The notes below the pieces were generated by a model, which did not search any database, was not told the origin of the DNA, and saw nothing but the letters and a program-made list of their open reading frames with translations. A DNA stretch of 64,000 bases from Candidatus Altimarinota bacterium (GTDB lineage Bacteria; Patescibacteriota; Gracilibacteria; UBA1369; GCA-2718715): contig JBESAV010000001.1 in the NCBI GenBank assembly GCA_041242255.1, positions 928,001 to 992,000 of the forward strand, written 5' to 3'. Positions 30,077-38,583 of this stretch are shown piece after piece. The translations under genes and the position numbers were made by a program. Numbering within the stretch: the first letter of the stretch is position 1; every line of letters starts with the position of its first letter.

Positions 30077-30211
30077 ATGTCTGAGTACGAAAGTAAGGCT
30101 GCCATCGACCATGAATATGTATGGCTCAACGAGAAAATCAAAACTGAAGATCAAAAACGAGAAAAAAAAGATAAGCCTAAACCAAAAGATATAGACCCTC
30201 ACATCAAGTGA
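30077..30211 (+). CDS. Small charged protein, 44 aa (MSEYESKAAIDHEYVWLNEK...DIDPHIK)
   Basis: Not in the ORF track; GGAGG 5 nt upstream, own promoter and strong terminator. Confidence 0.6.
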   Translation: MSEYESKAAIDHEYVWLNEKIKTEDQKREKKDKPKPKDIDPHIK

Positions 30212-30227
30212 GACTTGTACTCCACCC

Positions 30228-30257
30228 AACCGCCGTCATATGACGGCGGTTTTCTTT
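30228..30257 (+). terminator. Rho-independent terminator
   Basis: AACCGCCGTC-atat-GACGGCGGTT followed by TTCTTT. Confidence 0.88.
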
Positions 30258-30300
30258 AATATCCAATTTAAAATTTAAACAAACCATTCTATCCTAAAGC

Positions 30301-30441
30301 TTATACTTGCACTGCATTGATAATCAAATCATAGACCTGAACTTGAATCTTCCTAAGTAAAATAAAACTAGCATCCAAAAGTCCTCCTCTTTCATCCCGC
30401 AACTTATCAACTATTTCTTCAGCTAATTTTTCTAAATTCAT
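30301..30441 (-). CDS. Possible small protein, 46 aa (MNLEKLAEEIVDKLRDERGG...)
   Basis: Open frame with G/T-rich codons like other minus-strand genes, lying between the two plus-strand micro-units. Confidence 0.35.
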   Translation of the reverse strand: MNLEKLAEEIVDKLRDERGGLLDASFILLRKIQVQVYDLIINAVQV

Positions 30442-30507
30442 GTCTTCAATCACATCAACCTTTCCATTTCCAAACTTTCACACCTAATGCAATAAATCTA
30501 TTTAAAA

Positions 30508-30536
30508 TTGACAAAATTAAATTCCTAAAATAAATT
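30508..30536 (+). promoter_or_regulatory. Sigma70 promoter TTGACA-N17-TAAATT of small-ORF unit 2
   Basis: Consensus -35 with a 17-bp spacer. Confidence 0.6.
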
Positions 30537-30599
30537 CACGAATATCTTTCTCAGAAGATCAAGCATTCCGCTTGCGTCACGAGAAGATAAGGGGAAATC

Positions 30600-30773
30600 A
30601 TGGAAGACTTCGAGGAACTTAGAAGACAACAAGAACTACAAGAAGACGCTGAAGACCTGAAATGGTCTCCACAAAAGAACAAACACCATAAACGCAGAGA
30701 ACAAAAACCTCATAACCACCACCTCGACCCACCAACTAAAATTAACTTCAACGAGGACCTACCATTCAAATAA
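30600..30773 (+). CDS. Small charged protein, 57 aa, ending FNEDLPFK
   Basis: Not in the ORF track; AAGGGG SD-like motif, own promoter and terminator. Confidence 0.6.
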   Translation: MEDFEELRRQQELQEDAEDLKWSPQKNKHHKRREQKPHNHHLDPPTKINFNEDLPFK

Positions 30774-30786
30774 AACTTCCCCACTC

Positions 30787-30812
30787 AAACCGACCCTCAA
30801 AAGTCGGTTTTT
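30787..30812 (+). terminator. Rho-independent terminator
   Basis: AAACCGAC-cctcaaaa-GTCGGTTT followed by TT. Confidence 0.8.
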
Positions 30813-30841
30813 CCTTGAATTATAAATTCATAAAATTTAAA

Positions 30842-30868
30842 CTAGCACTCTCTAAAAATGAGTGCTAA
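30842..30868 (+). promoter_or_regulatory. CIRCE operator (HrcA site) at the dnaK promoter
   Basis: CTAGCACTC-N9-GAGTGCTAA against consensus TTAGCACTC-N9-GAGTGCTAA; overlaps TTGAAT-N17-TAAACT (30815-30843). Confidence 0.95.
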
Positions 30869-30904
30869 TATCAAGTTACAAATTAAAATTTAATCACTAA
30901 TTAA

Positions 30905-32800
30905 ATGGGAAGAATTATAGGTATCGATCTAGGTACAACTAATTCATGTTTCGCAATCATGCAAGGTGGTGAAGCAACAGTTATCAACAACCAAGAAGGT
31001 AACCGTACTACTCCATCCATGGTTGCCATGAAAGATGAAGAAAGATTAGTAGGTACACCTGCCAAAAGACAAGCAGTTGTAAATCCACTAAACACTATTT
31101 TCTCAGCTAAAAGATTAATTGGTCACAAGTTCGACGAGATCAAAGACATCGTCGACAAACTTCCATATGAAGTAAAAAAAGGACCAAAAGGTGAATGTCT
31201 TATCATCATGAATGGTAAAGAATACAGACCAGCTGAAATCTCAGCAATGGTACTCCAAAAAATCAAATCAGACGCCGAAGCCTACCTAGGAGAACCAGTA
31301 ACTGATGCAGTTATAACTGTTCCAGCTTACTTCGACGACTCTCAAAGAAAAGCAACCAAAGACGCAGGAAAAATCGCTGGGCTAAACGTACAAAGAATTA
31401 TCAACGAACCAACAGCTGCTTCCCTAGCCTACGGTATCGACAAAGAAGGCGGAGACAAAAAAGTAGCAGTTTACGATTTAGGTGGAGGTACATTCGACGT
31501 ATCCATCCTTGAGATCGCCGACATAGACGGCGAAAAACAAATCGAAGTACTAGCCACAAACGGTAACACACAATTAGGTGGAGATGACTTCGACAACGTT
31601 ATAACTCAACACATTTTAGACGAATTCAAAAAAGACCAAGGTATTGATCTTTCTAAAGACAAAGCAGCACTTCAACGTATCAACGAAGCTGCTGAAAAAG
31701 CTAAGATCGAGTTATCTTCAGCTCAAGAAACTGAAGTAAATCTTCCATTCCTTACCGCCGACGCATCAGGTCCAAAACATCTAAATCTCAAAGTAACAAG
31801 AGCCAAACTTGAAGAATTAGTAGATGAACTTCTAGAAAAGACAGTGGAACCATGCAGAACAGCTATCAAAGATGCTAAAATCTATGAATCGGACATCGAC
31901 GAAGTAATCCTAGTTGGAGGAATGACTCGTATGCCAAAAGTAGCAGAAAAAGTTAAATCAATCTTTGGTAAAGAACCACACAAAGGTCTAAACCCTGACG
32001 AAGTTGTAGCCCTAGGTGCTGCTATCCAAGGTGGAGTCCTTCAAGGAGATGTTAAAGATGTACTTCTTCTAGATGTAATTCCTCTTACACTTAGTATCGA
32101 AACAATGGGAGGAGTTGCTACACCACTTATCGAAAAAAATACAACAATCCCAACTTCAAAATCACAAGTATTCTCAACAGCAGCTGACAACCAACCAGCA
32201 GTACAAATCCACGTACTACAAGGTGAACGTTCAATGGCAGCTGACAACAAATCCCTCGGAACATTCACTCTAGATGGTATTCCACCAGCTCCAAGAGGAG
32301 TTCCTCAGATCGAAGTTAGTTTCGACGTTGATGCCAATGGTATCGTAAAAGTTACTGCCAAAGACAAGGGAACAGGTAAAGAGCAACACATTACCATCAC
32401 AGGAAGCTCTGGAATGTCAGATGATGAGATCAAACAAATGCAAGAAGAAGCTGAAAAATACGCCGAAGAAGACAAAAAGAAAAAAGAACAAATTGAAACA
32501 ATCAACCAAGCAGAATCAACAGTCTTCCAAACTGAAAAAATTCTAAAAGAAAACGAAGACAAAATCCCAGCCGAAGTAAAAGAATCAGTTCAACCAAAAG
32601 TTGATGAGATCAAAAAGATCCTCGAAGACAAAGAAAATATCAATCACGATGATCTAAAAACTAAACTAGAAGAACTCAACCAAGAAGTTCAAAAAATCGG
32701 ATCATCAATGTATCAAGAACAACCACAACCAGACCAGTCTGAACCAGAACAAAACAAATCTGATGCAGACATAGAAGGAGAAGTAGTTGATGAAGAATAA
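30905..32800 (+). CDS. dnaK: Chaperone DnaK
   Basis: [39 protein letters not shown]. Confidence 0.99.
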   Translation: MGRIIGIDLGTTNSCFAIMQGGEATVINNQEGNRTTPSMVAMKDEERLVGTPAKRQAVVNPLNTIFSAKRLIGHKFDEIKDIVDKLPYEVKKGPKGECLIIMNGKEYRPAEISAMVLQKIKSDAEAYLGEPVTDAVITVPAYFDDSQRKATKDAGKIAGLNVQRIINEPTAASLAYGIDKEGGDKKVAVYDLGGGTFDVSILEIADIDGEKQIEVLATNGNTQLGGDDFDNVITQHILDEFKKDQGIDLSKDKAALQRINEAAEKAKIELSSAQETEVNLPFLTADASGPKHLNLKVTRAKLEELVDELLEKTVEPCRTAIKDAKIYESDIDEVILVGGMTRMPKVAEKVKSIFGKEPHKGLNPDEVVALGAAIQGGVLQGDVKDVLLLDVIPLTLSIETMGGVATPLIEKNTTIPTSKSQVFSTAADNQPAVQIHVLQGERSMAADNKSLGTFTLDGIPPAPRGVPQIEVSFDVDANGIVKVTAKDKGTGKEQHITITGSSGMSDDEIKQMQEEAEKYAEEDKKKKEQIETINQAESTVFQTEKILKENEDKIPAEVKESVQPKVDEIKKILEDKENINHDDLKTKLEELNQEVQKIGSSMYQEQPQPDQSEPEQNKSDADIEGEVVDEE

Positions 32801-32810
32801 AACAATCTAT

Positions 32811-32840
32811 AAAATCCCAAGTAAAACACTTGGGATTTTT
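32811..32840 (+). terminator. dnaK terminator
   Basis: AAAATCCCAAGT-aaaac-ACTTGGGATTTT followed by T. Confidence 0.85.
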
Positions 32841-32852
32841 AATTAAACACAA

Positions 32853-33380
32853 ATGAAGAACATAGCATACATAGATGGCGCCAACCTCCAAAAATCCCTA
32901 CCCAAAGTAGACTACCAAAAACTTCAAGATTACTTATCCAAAAAACACAAGATAACCCATACCTACATTTTTCTAGGTTATCTAAAATCCCAAGAAAAAT
33001 TCTACAAACAACTCAAAAAATCCGGATATAAAATCATATTCAAAGAAGCAGTTAGAGGCAGAGATGGTAAAACCAAAGCTAACATCGACGTCGAACTAAC
33101 TATCCAAGCTACCCAAGATTATTACGAACACAACCCCAAACAAACCATACTCATTAGTGGAGATGGTGATTTCTCAAGCTTGGTCGATTTCTGGAAAGAC
33201 AAAAAAGTAAAAGCCAAAATTCTCGCCCCAGATGAAAAGTCATGCTCGTACCTTCTCAAAAAAAGAAAAATCTGGATAACCTACCTCAAACAACCAAAGA
33301 TCTACAACCAAATCAAAAAATCCAAACCAAAAAGATTTTCAATCTTGGCAATCCTCAAAAAACTGTTCAGAAGATCCTAA
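32853..33380 (+). CDS. NYN (LabA/DUF88, PIN-like) domain protein
   Basis: YIDGANL, KANIDVEL, ISGDGDF. Confidence 0.9.
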   Translation: MKNIAYIDGANLQKSLPKVDYQKLQDYLSKKHKITHTYIFLGYLKSQEKFYKQLKKSGYKIIFKEAVRGRDGKTKANIDVELTIQATQDYYEHNPKQTILISGDGDFSSLVDFWKDKKVKAKILAPDEKSCSYLLKKRKIWITYLKQPKIYNQIKKSKPKRFSILAILKKLFRRS

Positions 33381-33382
33381 AA

Positions 33383-34087
33383 CTATTTATAAATTTCACT
33401 CAATTCATCAACACTCTTCAACCCCAACCAATAGGTTGTTTTTATATACATATTCCTCCAGTGCTGAGTATAAATCCCATTCTTCAAAAACCTATGAGCT
33501 GAAGTCACAACCTTCACAGATTTATCCAAAACAGGCTTTAGCCCCAAGGCTCGAAGCTTTTTTGAAAACTCCACATCCTCCATCAAATCCATTTCTGGAA
33601 AACCACCAACTTCTTTTACATACTTAGACTGAACCAAATTACACTGATCCAAGTATATCGCTCCTCCCAATCCAGGTCTCAAGTAGGTAGAAAGAAATGC
33701 CACAACCCACTTCAGAAACCAATGCTGATAGTCAAAACTCAATGGAAAATAAAACCATTCAGACTCCCCTCTCTCACAAATCTCTAAAACCCGCTCATAA
33801 TCAGACAAACAACTTCTTGCATGATTAAACAACACGTACTCTCCACTCACAAATTCCAAAGCATAATTAATCTGCTTCGCAGTTCCGCCTTCAGGACATT
33901 TAAGAAGCTTCACAAAATCATACTTCCTAACCAACTCCTCTAACCCATCCTCACTTTCAAAATCAACCACTAAAACTTCTAACCTCCTCTTATCTTCTAA
34001 CTCAGAAATATTTTCAAAAATCTCCTTTAACTTACCAGTCTTCATTACATTTCTTGTAGGAATTACTACCGAAAGAACAGTACTCAT
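33383..34087 (-). CDS. Family 2 glycosyltransferase (TIGR04283-like)
   Basis: SVVIPTRN, VVDFESED, YLDQ, VGGFPEMDLMEDVEFS, TSAHRF. Confidence 0.8.
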   Translation of the reverse strand: MSTVLSVVIPTRNVMKTGKLKEIFENISELEDKRRLEVLVVDFESEDGLEELVRKYDFVKLLKCPEGGTAKQINYALEFVSGEYVLFNHARSCLSDYERVLEICERGESEWFYFPLSFDYQHWFLKWVVAFLSTYLRPGLGGAIYLDQCNLVQSKYVKEVGGFPEMDLMEDVEFSKKLRALGLKPVLDKSVKVVTSAHRFLKNGIYTQHWRNMYIKTTYWLGLKSVDELSEIYK

Positions 34088-34722
34088 AAATACTTCTTTA
34101 ATTTCACAATTCTCCCAGCCACATCCTCCAAATCTTCATAATAATCCACATCCACCAATTCCTTCAGCAAAGCATATTTAAGTCCTATCTCATCACACCG
34201 TTTCAAACTCTCCTCCAAAACCTTATCAGTACTCCATTCAAATCCCTCAAACAGACCTTTGTATGAATCATCAAAATCTTTTCCAAAACCAACCAAGTAA
34301 TACCCACCATCATTTGCTGGTCCATACACTACATCTTTAGACTTCAAAGTACTAAATCCTTCCCTCAATACATTTTCATCCATCTCAGGACAATCAGTCC
34401 CAACCAACAAAATTTTTTGATACCCCATACCATAAACTGAACTAAATGCCTCAAACATACGCACACCTAAATCTTCATCAACCTGCAACCTCCACTCAGC
34501 TTTCTCCCATATTTTAAAAGTTTCAGATTCTTCACCTGGCAATTCCCCAGCAAAATAAACAAAAACATCACACCCAACACCAAACACAGACTCAGCTACA
34601 ATCTTCATACTATCCACAAAAAAATCCATAGCCCTCTGATCCCCAATATTTTTAGCTAACCTAGTCTTACAAAAACCCAACTTAGGATTCTTAGCAAAAA
34701 CAATCACCGCATTAGTATTCAT
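34084..34722 (-). CDS. TIGR04282/DUF2064 CofC-like transferase
   Basis: FAKNP.LG.CKTRL, QVDEDLGVRM, VGTDCP, GPANDGGYYLVG, WST, DVD. Confidence 0.88.
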   Translation of the reverse strand: MNTNAVIVFAKNPKLGFCKTRLAKNIGDQRAMDFFVDSMKIVAESVFGVGCDVFVYFAGELPGEESETFKIWEKAEWRLQVDEDLGVRMFEAFSSVYGMGYQKILLVGTDCPEMDENVLREGFSTLKSKDVVYGPANDGGYYLVGFGKDFDDSYKGLFEGFEWSTDKVLEESLKRCDEIGLKYALLKELVDVDYYEDLEDVAGRIVKLKKYL

Positions 34723-34832
34723 ACAAAAAATTAATTACCTCCAAATTACCTGAGATATAGTTAATTGACAAAATCGAATAGTTTGACACTACCAACAAAA
34801 CCTTTAATATAAAAGTAATGTAATTCACAAAC

Positions 34833-34991
34833 ATGAACGCAAACAGACCAAGCAGTAATTCAGACAGATTAAGAGAAATCGAAGAAGCTCTAAGAGAGCA
34901 AATCCAAAGATCAAAAAACTCTGAATCTAGCGAGTACTTAAAAAAAACAACTCTTTCAACAAACGATAAACTTAATGGACTACTAGGTTAA
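34833..34991 (+). CDS. Possible small protein, 52 aa (MNANRPSSNSDRLREIEEALREQ...)
   Basis: Not in the ORF track; preceded by TTGACA-N16-TAATAT (34783-34810). Confidence 0.45.
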   Translation: MNANRPSSNSDRLREIEEALREQIQRSKNSESSEYLKKTTLSTNDKLNGLLG

Positions 34992-35882
34992 TCCCCTACT
35001 ATTCTTAATAAGTTTATGTCCGATGAAACTATTCTCACGCAGCTCCGCTGCGTGTTTTAATAATACAAGAAAAACCTGTAGAAAAGAAAAAGGCCCAATC
35101 ACATCAAATATAGAAACCTCCACACCTAACCTCTCTACTTTTCGGTATTCAGCAATGAATTTATTCAGACTATCTTCATAATTCACATAAACCGCACCCA
35201 TTCTAGCCAAACTTTTTCGATTCTCACCAAAGAACTGCTCAAAATAATGATCATATTCCAAAGCTAAACCATCAGCCGCCATCGCTACATTCGTACCATC
35301 ACCATAAAAGAAACTTTCTCCCTCAACTTGAAAAGGAAAGTTACTAACCCCAGCTCCAGGATTTAAATCATTAAAGTCATGTACAACCATCCTTAATTTT
35401 TCTAACTCTTGGTTTACATCTGCAAATACATTTTTATTTATTTCCATATCCAACCCATATATGTTTCTTGGAAAATCAAAAGTAACAGAAATCTGATGGA
35501 AAACATCAAACATATTCCTAGACTGAAGATATAGACTATGTGAGACACTAACCAATTCATTCAAACCATAACTATATCCATCAAAGTACAAACCTTGTAT
35601 CCTATCCCCCACTCCAAGCAAACCTTTAAAATCCTCACACTTATTCTCCAAATGATCAAAAAGCTCACGCCTTAAATCATAGTTAAACCTATGTCTGTAT
35701 GAATCAACACCAAACAAATCATCAAAAAAACCTCTACCTGGACCTGGTAAATTTCCCGTTCGCCGAACATTACCCACAACATTTACGTATCTATCTGCTA
35801 CATATTCAAAGTTAGTCCTGTATTGTTCATCGCTCAAGAAATGCCTTCTCGAACCATCTTGATACTCCCCTAAACGATCCAT
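34983..35882 (-). CDS. Hypothetical protein
   Basis: 299 aa ORF with strand-typical composition; no motif recognised. Confidence 0.6.
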   Translation of the reverse strand: MDRLGEYQDGSRRHFLSDEQYRTNFEYVADRYVNVVGNVRRTGNLPGPGRGFFDDLFGVDSYRHRFNYDLRRELFDHLENKCEDFKGLLGVGDRIQGLYFDGYSYGLNELVSVSHSLYLQSRNMFDVFHQISVTFDFPRNIYGLDMEINKNVFADVNQELEKLRMVVHDFNDLNPGAGVSNFPFQVEGESFFYGDGTNVAMAADGLALEYDHYFEQFFGENRKSLARMGAVYVNYEDSLNKFIAEYRKVERLGVEVSIFDVIGPFSFLQVFLVLLKHAAELRENSFIGHKLIKNSRGLT

Positions 35883-36067
35883 TGAAAAATTTTAATTACC
35901 AAAATCTTAGCAAACTCAAGCCTATTTAACAGATTATAAAATCTCAAACACATAAATTTCATTTACAACTTGCTAAAATATCCCATCTTCACATTTAAAA
36001 CTATTTTTCTTGATGTAAAGCTCACAAACCCCTACAATCAAAGCAATAAATAACACTTATACTACCA

Positions 36068-37351
36068 ATGTTAGATATTAAATACATCCGAGAAAACCCT
36101 GAACTTATCAAAGAAAATTGCAAGAAAAGGCATGTTCAAGTTGATATTGATACTCTTCTTCAAACAGACGAAGAAAGAAGAGAAATCCAACAAAACCTAA
36201 ATCAACTCCAACAAGAAAGAAACCAAGGATCAAAACTCAAAGGAAAACCCTCCCCAGAACACATCGAAAAAATGAAAAAAATCGGAGCTGAGATTAAACA
36301 ACTCGAAGAATCTTACAACCAAAAAGAAGAGCTTCTACACGAACTACTTTTACAAGTACCAAACTTAACTCACCCAGAAACTCCAATTGGTCACGAACAT
36401 GAATTTAAAACTCTTTACACAAACCAAGAACCTGAACTAAAAGATTTCCAAACAAAAGATCACGAAGAACTTCTACTCAAACACGACCTTCTTGATTTCG
36501 AAAGAGGTGCCAAAGTTGTAGGATCAAAGTTTTTCTACACTAAAGGAAAACTAGTCGAACTTAACCGTGCTCTAACAAATTACGGAATCGACATCTGTCA
36601 AAAACACGGATTCCAACTAATCGAAACTCCAGATCTAGCCCACAAAAAAATCCTAGAAGGAGCAGGCTTCAACCCACGAGGTGAAGAAACTCAAATATAC
36701 AACATAGAAAATCAAGACCTATCACTCGTAGGAACGGCCGAAATCACTGTACTTGGTTATCATGCTGATGAGGTTATAGATCTTGAAGATGGACCAATCA
36801 AATACGTAGCCCTTTCCCACTGTTTCAGAACAGAAGCCGGTTCATACGGTCGAACATCAAAGGGTCTATACCGAGTTCACCAGTTCACAAAACTAGAAAT
36901 GTTTGTATTCTGTAAACCAAACCAATCAGATCAAATCCATCAAGACCTCTTAGCCATAGAGCAAGAAATAGTTGATGGTCTAGAGCTCCCATACCGAGTG
37001 ATCGACATAGCTTCTTCCGACCTAGGAGGACCAGCTTACCGAAAATTCGATATAGAAGCCTACATGACAATGCTAGGTGACCCAGACGAAAAAGATAAAA
37101 TTCATCAACAAGGTAATTACGGAGAGATAACATCTACAAGTAACTGTCTAGATTATCAAGCCAGAAGAATGAACATAAAGTTTCACAACAAAGAAACAAA
37201 TCAAAAAGAATTTGTACACACACTAAATGGAACCGCAGTCGTTCTTAGTCGCTTCCCTATAGCATTAGTAGAAAATCATCAACTACCAGATGGATCAATC
37301 AAAATACCAAAAGCGCTTCACCCATACTTAAACTTCAAAGAAATTAAATAA
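36068..37351 (+). CDS. serS: Seryl-tRNA synthetase
   Basis: MLDIKYIREN, GTAEI, CFRTEAG, GLYRVHQF.K.E, STSNCLDYQARR, HTLNGT. Confidence 0.97.
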   Translation: MLDIKYIRENPELIKENCKKRHVQVDIDTLLQTDEERREIQQNLNQLQQERNQGSKLKGKPSPEHIEKMKKIGAEIKQLEESYNQKEELLHELLLQVPNLTHPETPIGHEHEFKTLYTNQEPELKDFQTKDHEELLLKHDLLDFERGAKVVGSKFFYTKGKLVELNRALTNYGIDICQKHGFQLIETPDLAHKKILEGAGFNPRGEETQIYNIENQDLSLVGTAEITVLGYHADEVIDLEDGPIKYVALSHCFRTEAGSYGRTSKGLYRVHQFTKLEMFVFCKPNQSDQIHQDLLAIEQEIVDGLELPYRVIDIASSDLGGPAYRKFDIEAYMTMLGDPDEKDKIHQQGNYGEITSTSNCLDYQARRMNIKFHNKETNQKEFVHTLNGTAVVLSRFPIALVENHQLPDGSIKIPKALHPYLNFKEIK

Positions 37352-37356
37352 TCATC

Positions 37357-38394
37357 ATGGATAAAGTATCATACAACAAAATTTCGCAATCCAGACAAGA
37401 AGCTTTACTCATAGCTGAAAACCTTGAAAAATTATATGATACTTTTTTACAAGATCCATTCAATCCAGGCGAATACTTAACTCTTCTAAATTGGTTAATA
37501 TCTATTGAAGGTAATCAAACTGAGGCCTCACAAGAGGTTTCAGCACTTATCGATTCAACTAAAGATCAAATAACACTCTTAACTGAAACTCCAGAAACTG
37601 ACCTAAGTAGACCAAGCGCCAAAAGAATGCTTCGCAAACATTTAACTACAGATAAGCTCAAAAATATCTCAACTTTCACTCAAACCATAAATCCAGAAAC
37701 AAACACAAATCAAGACTTCACATTAGGTATCCTCCAAGAAATACATGAAGAATTTTCAAATACTTCTCATACTGAAACAACCAGACAATTCATTGCCTCA
37801 GTCCTCTCAGCAATCGTCGACCCATCAAAAGAACTAACCGAAAAAGACAAACCACTATCTCATCAAAACATTTTTAACTTAACTATGATTGAGTATCTTT
37901 ATTCTATCCAAGACAGTCCAACCACACGTATAGTATTAGATTCGAGCATACAAACCAGTATTGCTTGGATACTAGATCCCAGCAAATTTCAATGTGCTAA
38001 ACTTGAATTCGACAGTTTCGTTAGCCAAACACTAGACGGACACGAACCTTATAAGCCAGAAAAAACTACTCAAGAAAAGCCAGAAGAGTTAACTGATCTT
38101 TATGAATTATCTGAAATCAGCTCTCCCACAAACCGCATTGATCCTATCAGCCTACTACTTGAAACTTCTGAACCACAACCAGAACCATCCACAGACTCAT
38201 TTGTTGAAACCATCAACGAAACACCACCTCAAATAAACTTCCACAGCGAACCAACCAGAGTTGGACAGATTGAAGAAATCCAAGTTAACAATGATTTCAA
38301 AGCTCCTAACTCAGAAAACTTTATCCCAAAATCTAAAAAACAACCAAAAAATAAACGACAAGCTGTTCATGATTTATTTGATTCAGAAATATAA
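37357..38394 (+). CDS. Hypothetical protein
   Basis: 345 aa ORF 5 nt after serS; P/E/T-rich C-terminal part. Confidence 0.6.
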   Translation: MDKVSYNKISQSRQEALLIAENLEKLYDTFLQDPFNPGEYLTLLNWLISIEGNQTEASQEVSALIDSTKDQITLLTETPETDLSRPSAKRMLRKHLTTDKLKNISTFTQTINPETNTNQDFTLGILQEIHEEFSNTSHTETTRQFIASVLSAIVDPSKELTEKDKPLSHQNIFNLTMIEYLYSIQDSPTTRIVLDSSIQTSIAWILDPSKFQCAKLEFDSFVSQTLDGHEPYKPEKTTQEKPEELTDLYELSEISSPTNRIDPISLLLETSEPQPEPSTDSFVETINETPPQINFHSEPTRVGQIEEIQVNNDFKAPNSENFIPKSKKQPKNKRQAVHDLFDSEI

Positions 38395-38400
38395 TTACTG

Positions 38401-38553
38401 TTGACCAAAACCACTGAATAATCTAAGATTCAAGCAATAAATCGCGCGCACCAAAACAGAGTTTAGTTGGTCCCGGTCGCAAAGATAATGTTCCATAGCA
38501 CATTACTTGCGATTTTATTTTGTTTAGACCTAAAGCATAACGCTTAAGTCTAG
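38401..38553 (+). promoter_or_regulatory. rpoBC promoter (TTGACC-N17-TAAGAT) and structured, attenuator-like leader
   Basis: Hairpins ACCAA/TTGGT, GGTCGCAA..TAATGT/ACATTA..TTGCGATT followed by a U-rich tract, and TAGAC..AAGC/GCTT..GTCTA. Confidence 0.55.
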
Positions 38554-38583
38554 CTTATTATTATCTAACCAAGAAACCTCAAT

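Noticed and set aside
30025-30257. Micro-unit 1 as 6S RNA or tmRNA
   Set aside because: The interior is A-rich and unstructured, with an open frame and SD; there is no long 6S duplex or tRNA-like ends.
32853-33380. NYN nuclease, PIF1 helicase and HerA-like ATPases as a defence system
   Set aside because: They are dispersed over more than 40 kb with no operon linkage, and each is common as a stand-alone gene.
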